Assembly (NCBI GenBank): GCA_002633005.1
Contig: NMRA01000999.1
Span: 1 to 64,000 of the forward strand
Reading direction: 5' to 3'
Length of the DNA stretch: 64,000 bases
From: Phoronis australis
Lineage: Eukaryota > Animalia > Phoronida
Shown one piece after another: positions 50,101 to 60,177 of the stretch (position 1 is its first letter; each line of letters opens with the position of its first letter). A model generated the notes under the pieces. It had not been told where the DNA came from. It worked only from the letters and a program-made list of their open reading frames with translations, and ran no database searches. Both the position numbers and the translations under genes were made by a program.

Positions 50101-52280
50101 GGAGTCAACGTCGAGCTTTCATGTGTGCATACTCAACTATGCAGCAGTGTTCAAGGAAATAATATGGCCCTAGTATTGCTATTACATTGCCACACTTAAA
50201 GCTACTGTGTCCGAGGGGAGGGTTGGCCTCCTTCTTGTAACTAGGCCTACATTTAGTCTGTTTATCTTTTAGCTTATTGAGCACCTGAGCAACGCTACCA
50301 ATAGTCCGCAGTTTGAAAGAGATGGTGAGTAAGAGGGAGATTTAACCGGAAGTATGAAAACACACCAGTGGGGTGCACAGTTCCGCACACTGGTTATTGA
50401 ATCGTGGTCGTTCACGAAGCTCGCCACCACAAACCGTTTCTTCAAGCCAACCAAAAAAGAGCAATGGTTTATTCAAGAAATAAATATTTTAAAAGCCGTG
50501 CGCGTGACGTCATTCTCAAATCTTGGAAATTGTGTAAAGGGAACACAGGTCACAAGAGTTGCTATGGAGAAAAAAGTATCCCTTATTGCTCAAAACGACA
50601 TAGAAACATACTCTCAAAGCGCGTGCTCAAGAGATGGACCCTTTTCCACCATTTTGCTTAAAAAGCCGTTGAAGATACTTTCTTAAGTTTCTCGAAAAAC
50701 AACGCAGTTAATTAATTCTATTTATGCAAAGCTAAAACATGAACATGAGCTGGAATCTGGTCTTGATATTGATGCGTCTCCAAATTGGAGGAGAAAGGTA
50801 AGTACTTATTCATGCGTCTCCTGATTGGAGGAGAAAGGCGTATACTTATTGATGCGTCTCCTGATTGGAGGAGAAAGGCGTGTACTTATTGATGCGTCTC
50901 CTGATTGGAGGAGAAAGGTAAGTACTTATTTATGCGTCTCCTGATTGGAGGAGAAAGGCGTATACTTATTGATGCGTCTCCTGATTGGAGGAGAAAGGCG
51001 TGTACTTATTCGTCCCAATTTACTAGTGATATTGTAATGAGATGGTGTCAGGTTAGTGTCATACATCGGTAAGCACCAACAAACTTATTTTTAGATAATA
51101 TTGGAGTTAAGGACACACATCTATGTACATTTTGTAAAAAAATACCGGAGGATATTACCCATCTGCATAGCAACTGTAATTTAACATTAGGTTTTTTGGA
51201 TTTCAGTGTTAGGATCATAAACATAACTGGAAGCTCGTTGGAGCTTTCAAATTAAGATACAATTTTGAAAAGGTTGAAGGACAAGACGTAGATCAAAATT
51301 TCACATTTATCGACAGCATCTCAAAAATACAACTGTCAAATTGACACACTTTAAATGGGAAGTCTTCGAGTATTTCAAAATTAAAAAATTCTTATTTTAA
51401 ATAATTTCAAATTCAAAGGTTTTAATAACTTTTATTTTGAGGCGGTTTAGTTTTGAGACATCTTTGTAAAAAATATTAGTTAAAAATATTTACAGCGGCG
51501 ATTATTTGGCATTTCAGTGACAATTATTTTACGATTTTGCCTTTAATATTTTCATGTTTTTCCAGCAGCTGATTCACCGTCAACACAGTCACCCATTGCT
51601 GATTCGAAGTTCCATGAAGATTGGGACGAGGAAATGCTAAATGAAATGACGTCATCACCGATTCCCACACCAAGATTCTTCAATCAACCCGGTGGGTAAA
51701 ATGGCGATTGTGAAGGTGTCGGTTAATGATGACCAACGTTGTTAACGACGGTGTTGATGATGATGATGAGGGTGGTTTTGGTTTTGGTGATGATGATGAC
51801 GACAACAACGCCGGCGGCAACAAGATGACGTCAATGACGAAGACAACGGCAATAATGACGGTGTTGGTGATGACGACATTGCGTTTTGTAATATTTGCAA
51901 TGCAGAGTTGCCTTTAATGACGTAAGCCTACGTTTAATCCCAAACTTGACCAGCCGTGACAGAGTAAACTGCAAGCGCCTCGTTTATCTCAACCTTTGGA
52001 CTCGTAATTGCACAAAAATTACATATCTTTGAATATTTTTTTAAAATTTACCGCAATATGTCACGATATTTCTTTCAGACATTCAATGTTTTGTTTGTTT
52101 ACGTCTGCAGGTGATTACGACACAAGAATACAAGCTTTAAGCGACAATGCAAGCTCCATGAGCACAATACATTCGGTGTTGACATGGAAAACAGTTGGAA
52201 TTGCTGCACCCACCGTGACGGACCTCTCTGTGTTGTGTAATGCCCAAGTACCGGAGACAGTTCGTGCGTTTGCGGAATAA
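37884..52280 (+). CDS. IRF1: Interferon regulatory factor, IRF1/IRF2 class, about 374 aa, 9 coding exons, no recognisable IAD1/SMAD-like domain
   Basis: Phase-consistent exons: 37884-38154, 43733-43906, 45074-45108, 45613-45703, 46542-46700, 47008-47054, 50273-50324, 51566-51691, 52111-52280 (1125 nt with TAA). DBD: [93 protein letters not shown]. It has the Trp repeat, the extra IRF1/2-type GW, and KANFRCxxNSLPD. Start context gcaccATGG. The sequence cannot distinguish IRF1 from IRF2. Confidence 0.9.
40411..41060. repeat. Diverged tandem duplication with a period of about 333 bp
   Basis: ACTGATTAGT..GACGTTC..GGGACCTT.AGATA..GGGTAAAAAGT..CAGAACGT..CATAAGATATTGTT occurs from 40411 and again from 40744. 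Confidence 0.85.
43733..43906 (+). CDS. IRF1: IRF DNA-binding domain, second exon (recognition helix) plus basic NLS-like tail
   Basis: ctttcag|ACAAATAC...AAAAC|gtaggc. Translates [57 protein letters not shown]. Confidence 0.95.
45806..46180. mobile_element. Diverged copy of the 5680-6088 MITE family, in an IRF intron
   Basis: Shares CTGGGCCC..TACTCGAAAT.GAACTCGA and TTATCTTAAGTTCGC with 5680-6088. Confidence 0.7.
48071..48483. mobile_element. MITE, CCGGTTGCATGAAAC family, in an IRF intron
   Basis: Starts CCGGTTGCATGAAACAGTCCCAAA and ends GGCAACCGG. Confidence 0.8.
49286..49680. mobile_element. Foldback (palindromic) element in an IRF intron
   Basis: AGAGG...CCTCT ends; arm TCACATCTTACGCACGAA pairs with TTCGTGCTTAAGATGCGA, and imperfect pairing continues towards the centre. 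Confidence 0.6.
50620..51420 (+). mobile_element. Decayed L1/Tx1 LINE ORF2 3' fragment (zf-RVT region)
   Basis: 51013-51177 translates [54 protein letters not shown], matching the zf-RVT pattern LRWFQxRILHRxLPTN..CxFC..ExxxHL..C. Confidence 0.8.
50771..51010. repeat. 40-bp minisatellite, 6 units, arranged as a 120-bp higher-order repeat
   Basis: Unit NATGCGTCTCCTGATTGGAGGAGAAAGGNNNNTACTTATT; variants run TAAG, CGTA, CGTG, TAAG, CGTA, CGTG. Confidence 0.95.
51725..51880. repeat. Low-complexity GAT/GAC/GGT triplet tract in an IRF intron
   Basis: Runs such as gatgatgatgatgag, gatgatgacgacaacaac and ggtgatgacgac. Confidence 0.8.
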
Positions 52281-53378
52281 TTCGGTCGCTTCACAGACAA
52301 CCACATGTAACTTGTCAACTACCTCCGATGTGGAGAAGTTAATCAACTGCAAGGCATCTGATGTACAGCTAATTGATACATGACTTTCCATAACCATGCA
52401 TCGTTTAATAGCAATGCATGTTAGCCCTACAGTATTTCAGTGTTGTTCTATTTCCTTTGCTTCGGGTTTTCATGCATGTATCTGGTCTCAGTATGCTCCT
52501 GTACGCGACTACACTCTGCTCTTAAAAGCATTTTTTTTCTTGAGCTAATGTCTCTAAATATTAGACTGAACTCGTCGAAGTGATGGGGGCTTAATACGCC
52601 ACAAGGTTGAAAACTTAAAATGATGCTACGCAACATGAATTCACCGCCTTGATGGACGTTTGACAGAGCGAGAGCTGTAGCTTTTCTGCAAGTAATCCCG
52701 CTAGCAGCGTCACTCACGGTTGATCAGGGAACCAGTCCTTCCAGTGCTAAAGTGTCTAGTGTGCCTATTTATTTTGAATTTGGTTCATTTGAACTTGTCT
52801 CTCAAAACTTGACTGAACAGTAAATGACCATTTAGCATTGGCACTGTTTTGTCTCTTAAATTTTGTCGAGGTTACTGTTTCCCTTATGACGTCACGAAAC
52901 TACAGAGGATGTCTGAGGTAATTTGGTCATCGTAAGAAGACTGAAGATCTGCAAAGGTCAAATTATGTGTGGAACTAGCTCGCAGGTTTTGATGAAGACA
53001 ATTTTTGTTTATAAATGTGCAATGTGAGTATGATGTTAAATCGCTTGTAGTTAGTGCTGCTGCTCGAGAGCAAATATACCATTGTGCTTTTTTAGGATTA
53101 GTTTTGAAAAAACGATGGGTGATTTTCTTTTGTGCCGGAGATGTGTTAGTTGTAAATATGGTGATGATGAACGTTTGAGGTTTGAGAATTTAACGTGGAC
53201 CAAATATATTTGGTCATTCGCTGCTCAAGGTCGAGCAACGACTGACTTCAGTGGCTGCTGCAACAATCATCTTGAGTGACGAAGTCAGGTTCGTTAACTT
53301 CTTTCGTGAAAGCTGAGGCCAATGACTCTATTTGCCAAATGTGTAAGTTTTATTTTGTTTTGTAAAGTTGAAATGAGT

Positions 53379-53384
53379 AATAAA
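53379..53384 (+). terminator. Candidate polyadenylation signal of the IRF gene
   Basis: AATAAA about 1.1 kb after the stop codon, at the end of a T-rich 3'UTR-like stretch. Confidence 0.5.
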
Positions 53385-54064
53385 TATCCATGTATGTACA
53401 GTGCGACACGGTCGTTCAACAACGATACAACCTTTACGTGAGGAAAGTATTATTTTTGTAAAATCAAGGACAAACTAAAGTATGGCTAATTTGCACAAAA
53501 CGATGTACAGTTCGGTTGCAGCCCTTCATTTACACAAACTTCGTAAAAGACACGACTAGGCTTTTTGTTTTCAAGCTTGATGCTGGTACGCTCGTAATTC
53601 CAAAGCCGTCTCCTTTCTTCAGGTATGCAGGTATGTGGTAAAACACCGAGAGACACCTAGCGATCAGCTTGCAAACAAAATGTCTAGTGTTTTTAACGAA
53701 GTGGTAGAGTAGGCAAGGTGAGGCAAAAAGTGCCAAAATTAGATCTTTCTGAAATAGACGAGAGGTGCTCACTTCATATTAGACACAGCACGCAGCACAG
53801 ATTTTCTAAACTCTTTGGGTGGCATAAAGTAACACTCGCCCCAGGTGTACGTTTCGTAAAGTGACTTAGGTCTTAGGACAAAATTTGGTCTTATGTCCGC
53901 ATAAACATTTCTGAAAAACAATTAATTTCCACTTGACCAAAAGAACATCCTCTCATGATATATATATTTATAAGCGCTAGGTTACTAAGATAATTTTGAT
54001 ATATCAATGCTAGACTGTGATGCACTGTCTCAAGACTTAGTGAAGTTTTATAGTTTCCTAAACC

Positions 54065-54446
54065 CCAGTGCCCGGTCTCATGAAACAGTCCCAGGTAGGG
54101 ACTTAACTAAGTTCCCTAAATCTACTGCGTGTTCGTGGGCTTGTGAAAACGATTGTCCTTTCTTATGCAGTTTCAGTCTCATTACTAAGTCGATTTTTGG
54201 CTTTGATACAAATCGACAGTAAACTCTAGGTAGAATTCTCAATACTGTATTGAAAACAAGTAGGGATTTTTATGCAATGTAACTAACTTAAGGACTGGGT
54301 TCCTAATTATCATGACTTCATTAAAGGTACTGTTTTCAATTATGTTATTAGAAAATGTCGAAGACGAACTGAAACAAAGGTAAAAGGATTAATGTGACGT
54401 CAGTGAGAAAAGAAAGAAACTGCTTAAACTGTTTCATGCAACACGG
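54065..54446. mobile_element. MITE, CCGGTTGCATGAAAC family
   Basis: CCAGTGCCCGGTCTCATGAAACAGTCCC...CTGTTTCATGCAACACGG. Confidence 0.75.
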
Positions 54447-54905
54447 CGGCCACAGGATGCTGGATTCTAGGGAACAATATACATGTACATGTATGCGATC
54501 ACAACTAATACTGTATCTCATCATTTATAAGGAATCAAATGCTGCAATGCTGGGACAGTTCAGAGTCAAACACGTAGTTAGTCGCACAGGTGTTGGAAGC
54601 CTGGCTATTTTCAGTACATTCAATGATGAGCGAAATCCAAAATATATGCAGTAGGCCTATGAAGCAACTAACAGCAGGAATTCAAGCAAGAGACATGCCT
54701 GGGATAGAACTTTAGAAACTGGTGAACAAGTGAATATCTAATTATAGGACTTTTGTATGCCTAAGAATAAGATGCCAATTTTCGCCATTGTCATCTTTGA
54801 TATTCTAGTTTTTTAAACGACAGAGTATAACGTCTATTCAACGAAACTAGAAATTTTCGTGACTGTGCCATAGCCTAGCTACATGTACGATTCTGCAAAT
54901 GGACG

Positions 54906-55165
54906 CATGCGCGCACGTATCCAAGGGGGCCTCGGGGGGCTCGAACGAGCCCTTACATGTACATTTGGCGAAGTGGGCAAAATGATCCGCCTTGGAGAAA
55001 CAAAAATCCGAGAAAATGAGACAAGAAAGTCCACTGACAAAAGACTCAGACGCACAGATGAAGGCTAGCACCCGTTTTTTTTTAGTCCTCCCGACGGTTT
55101 GTCAGGAAAAGGTCCACAACGACAGAAATTCTAGCCCCCCATTTTCAAGGCTGGGTGCGCGCATG
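54906..55165 (+). mobile_element. CATGCGCGCA-terminated MITE with a perfect 5-bp target-site duplication
   Basis: GGACG|CATGCGCGCAC...GTGCGCGCATG|GGACG. Confidence 0.85.
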
Positions 55166-58100
55166 GGACGAATGGTTTTCGTGTGTTAGTTAGTTCGACC
55201 AAAACGTTCGTCCGCATGCGTGCTCCGGCGTTCGTTCGATGATTCGATGCTCGCACTAACCTTGACTGAGGTCACGCACATTGATATTAACGCCAAAACT
55301 CCAGTTCTACAGACTTTTCACTTTCACAAGACACTGATATCAAGTTAAAAGACAACGTTTCATTTTGGACTTGGAGGGTCGGTAACTAGTGAACATTGTG
55401 GCTTTGAACTTTTGGGACGGGTATAAATCATGGATGTCGTTCACATACAATAGGGGGCGCCACAGAACAGTTCTCAGCTGGGTCATTTGCCCGGCTAGCA
55501 GCACACATCGATGGAATCAGTGTCACCTTTTCTTCACTCTGTCGAAAACGTATGCGGCAAAGAATGAAAAGTTTTGAGTCTTTTCAGTCATATCAAAAGC
55601 TCCAGAGATGACCACAGAAACTGCATGTGGTATAATTGTGTTTTGGCTCTTTCTTACTGAAAAGGAAGGTGGGCGGTGAAGAGTGAACGGGGAGAACCGT
55701 GCCGCATTTTCCTACCCAAAACCGCCAAGTCCTTAGGGTTGCACGACATAGGCCAACATCATTCTGAAAGAGAATTCCCTACAGATTCCAAAACTGTGAT
55801 CCATAAGTACAGTCAACTTCCAATTATTGTTTTTCGTAGCCCGTTCTCAGTCGCTGGGCTGGGGGCCGACGTCGTCTTTAAGACTAGGCTATACAGCCGA
55901 GCAAGTGGTCGTTTCTCATTCTCAACGTGTTCACTAATACAAACAAACCAGATTCGCTACGTGCAGTGCCTACCCCAAAACTTCCCCCAGGCGTAGCCTA
56001 CCCCTAAAATTTATTTTTGACTTTAGCCTTACGCCGCTCAGTGCTCGACCGTTTGAAATTGACATGCAAGGTCAGTGATAGCCAGTTCTCTGTGAACTCT
56101 GTCCTAATTGGTCTCATCAGTAATTAAACAGAGCTGAAAGCGGAAAGGTTTGTCAAGTTCTGAGAAAATTCTATTGCTTTCACGTTCTATTCGGGTAATA
56201 GCTCAGTCTTCAGTCTTTCTACATTTAGAAAATAAACAAACATCGAAAAATAAGTGAATCATTTGTTTTCGCAGCTAATTCCAGAAAATTGAGAACATGA
56301 GCGTAATTTATAGATGCTCAGTTGGAAAACTGTATCCGCTCGATTTATTTACCCCACAGCTACGTTGTAGTTTCTGCAATTGCCACCACTGCGATAGATG
56401 TCACCCTATACTGGCAGATCCTTGATATTTTTACATTTAAAAACCATTAACACACGCGTATGTTTTCTCCTAACGCATTGATTTCCGTTCGCTACCGTTT
56501 GTCGTTGACCATGAACTACATAATGTACCACGCATGCTCCGTTGATCCAGAACCAGGCGACGTTGAATGAAAGCGTTTTACCGTAGACTGTGCCACGGTC
56601 TACGATCGGGGCACCTGCTAAGCAAATTTAAACTGCGATCACAGTATACTTCGACAACTCGATCACAACGAACTTACTTAAGATAGTACATAACGTACCA
56701 TGTCAGAGTACCAATTACCTAAGCTTTATACACAGGGCATGCACGCATCCAGCCCCCCGATTTGGCGAATTCAAGGGGGCAAAAAGGTCCACCTCAACTA
56801 TAATAAACAACTCCAAAGAAAGTAGAAAAGGAGACAAAACTCTTTCCCCACAGTTGCCGTCATTGTAATTCACCATAAGCGTAGGTCACGCTTGACCGTT
56901 TAGCAGAGTTAGGAGGTATTTTTACCCCCCCCCAGACTTTTGAGGGATGTCGAGGGTTACAGCGCATTATTTCGTATCAGAGAACTGGACGAGAAAGTCG
57001 TATTTAGCCGCATTTTGTGTTGCGAGGACACGTCATCAACACCACGCGGCAACTGTTAATAATTAACCAGTGTTACAGAGCTGACTGAGATGCAGTCGAT
57101 TATTTTATACAAATATAACCTCACATACATACACATGTACACTGTAACCGCAGTTGGTAACAATCGCCGACCAACAACACGTCCACGTAAGTGATCCCTA
57201 AGTAACACTTAGAAAATGATGGACAATTAAGTACCCATAACCAGGTCAACCCGGCCGAGTGGATCAACAAGTCGGCGAAGAACATCACCACAGGGTTATC
57301 GGATGAGCAATAGCTCGGGTAACAAAATTTGGCCTCGAACAACAGAACTCGATCAGTTCGACAGAAAATTTAGCTCAAAAGTTAAAATGATATTCTACCC
57401 AACATTGGCCAGTTAAGATTAACAACGGCTTTCCCATCTAGCTCTTTAAAACAAAATAATGCTCTCAGTGTAGGGCCTAACCCTCGTCAACCCTCAAAAG
57501 TTTAAATCAACAACGTCTGGTACACGGGTAAGCACGACCTACACTGTGGGCTTTAGGCGAGTTACGGACATCTGTAGAGAAAGACCATCCTTCAAGAATC
57601 CTAATATCCATTCTGTGACACAATGAGCAGGAGTCTAGTACCCTCTGACACAGCGCCATCTAGAGTGTAGGAGTGTAGTTGATTTGTTTTTTTACAAACC
57701 ATACACCAGTCCGCCAGATGTCCCTGTGTTGTAATGAGCGCCCTCGCACTCTTTGTCGTCTGACTGAAAACTTGTATCGTTCATTATCTGTCCCTTACAT
57801 TCGTTTGAAGCGTAACTCTCTCTTTACTGAGAGGCGAATGTATGAAATAGCCAAAAAAGTTTTACTAAACTAAAATAGTATTCTTTTAACAAACACAAAC
57901 AACATGATACGTTCCTCAGACTGGCTGGAGTTGTCCATGTTTGATCTCCTTCATCACCAGGAATGGAATTTACTGACAAGACCAATGCAAGTTTTGGGTC
58001 TACCACGGCAGCAGCTCTCTGGTCAGTGGCAGGGGTTAAATGACCTGACGGGGAGTTCCCAAGTCAGATTCTAATCATTTCCAAGCCCTGGTTTTCTAAG

Positions 58101-59836
58101 AAGTGAATAAATCTTATTGGCTACAGTGTATAAACACAAAGTCCACAAAGAAATCACAGAATCGCAGGCAGAATACAGAATTGCAGCATATGCAAAAATA
58201 ATCAGACAAAATGAGTCAGAGTATTACTCATGGTTCTTGTGGACACAAAGCACAATGTACATTTTGAGCAAATAGGAAACGGATACACAAGGCTTCATAT
58301 ACAACTGGAGAATGACAACATTGTAGGGTTACATGTACTTTTTATGGACTGTATTGAACATTCTGGGTCAACTTTACACCATATGCAGTTACACGGCCAG
58401 TGATACGTCAGTCCCACGATGGCTTAAATATATCCGTAATGGGATGATGCTGACCACCTTTCCACTGAATATTACTTTTTGTCCATGCCTCCTAAACGTC
58501 AGATGTCGCTATTCGTGATCGGGCCAATTACACGGTGCGGATCATAGAAACCCCCAACTGTGTAAGCAAAACGAGGAAATGACAACAGTACATCGAAGAA
58601 GATGAAAACAAGCTAAAAATCTAAACAGACAAAAACATTCATAGGAAAGACACATCAGTGGTAGGGTAATAAAACAAGTACATGTATACACCAACTCCAC
58701 AGGAGAGCAATGATATCTCACGTCGTCGACCTCGGACAAGATTGCTCTTCCGTGGTTCATATGGCCTGATGTCAACCTGGGTAATGATGCATTACTACTT
58801 ACACACAACCTCATTCACACAAATTGGATACATGCGCAGACAGTAACAATGCCTTGTAATTGTCCATCGACTGCAAACTTCTAGAGACACCGCTGGCATT
58901 TTTATCTACAAATATGGCAATAACGGAGTTTGCAAACAAATACGCTTCACTGTTTCACCCAGTCAAATAAATAAATACCCACTACAGAAACAAAATAACA
59001 CCAAATAAATGGTACCTAACAGCAAACTGTAGTAATAAGTTGTCAACCAGACAACTCCAGGCTTCAAAGTTATGAAGGACCCAGGCTAGAAAAATTCCAA
59101 TTTTAGAGAGCTTTGGGCCATCAAATCTCAAACACGGCTAATTCGGATTCATATGTAACTTAAAGATACTATGGTTTATGCACTGTGTTCAAAACAGCTG
59201 TTAAGAACTGTATTTAAAATGTTCCACGTTCGCGTGAGAGGGCTATCAAATATATCTCTTTTATGATTTTCATAAAAACAATTAATTAAAGTTGCATAAA
59301 ATGAAATGAGATCTTACCTTCAATATTAACACCAAATAAAATTTGATCATGTTATTCACACCGTTGCTTTGATATCAACATATCTTTCTTTTGTGCTAAA
59401 TTTTACTAAAAATACAACAACACGTGGTCCAATTAATGACATACTGCTTAAAAGTCTACATAAATTCTACAGGCTTTGTATTTTTAAAATTTAGAAAACG
59501 TATACTATTATAGTCAAAATGTAAAGTTTTTTGAATATTTGGCTGAATATTCAGACCTGTCAATAAGGAACCATAACCAAATTGAGATTATTACAAAGAG
59601 ACACCAGGTGGAGCTCATGAATAAAAGCTCCTCTGTTTAACACCTGAATAGGCTGCGAGAGCACAAGTCAGGTCAGTGTACATTTAGGCTGGCGATCCCA
59701 CGTGATGAACACAAGCATTTCTACGTGCACGGCCATTGTCTTGTTTGCGTTCAGTGAATGGTCGCTCATTGCTCAGAAAAAATGAGATCAAACTTTCATC
59801 ACCGTTTTCATTCCCTGTCGCAATTCAGCAAATAAT

Positions 59837-60177
59837 TCATTCATCCAAACTATGTTGGATCAAAATCACCTCAGGTTCAACAGCAACTGGTAATGAACTC
59901 TCACTATCTGTCGCTGTCGTAGCTGCGGCAAGATGTCCGTAATTTGACCCGTACAAACACTCGTGAAGCAGAGACGGCATTTCTAATAAATCTGTTCGTG
60001 AGGTTACGTGTTTCCTGGCTGCACTGCAAACTGAGCACACATCGGCCAATCGCAGTAAGAGTTCGCCAAACCTGGTGGGGTACTTGGGAATTCTAAGGAG
60101 ACAGTACTCATCCAGTGAGTCGCTGAGACGTTCCTGACAGCTGCGTATGGAAGTGACATCTTGTAATCCTTCAGCAT
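59837..60177 (-). CDS. Hr39: Nuclear receptor LBD terminal exon (helices 9-12, AF-2, F-domain tail)
   Basis: ttctag|ATGCTGAAGG...; translates DAEGLQDVTSIRSCQERLSDSLDEYCLLRIPKYPTRFGELLLRLADVCSVCSAARKHV..MPSLLHECLYG..SLDE*. Confidence 0.9.

Noticed and set aside
50771-51010. Regular repeats that could suggest a CRISPR array (also 11895-11977 and 61881-62034)
   Set aside because: The units are contiguous with no unique spacers, there are no cas genes, and the context is eukaryotic intron.
56095-56125. Minus-strand CTGATGAGACCAATTAGGAC resembling a retroelement hammerhead
   Set aside because: There is no GAAA core after stem II.
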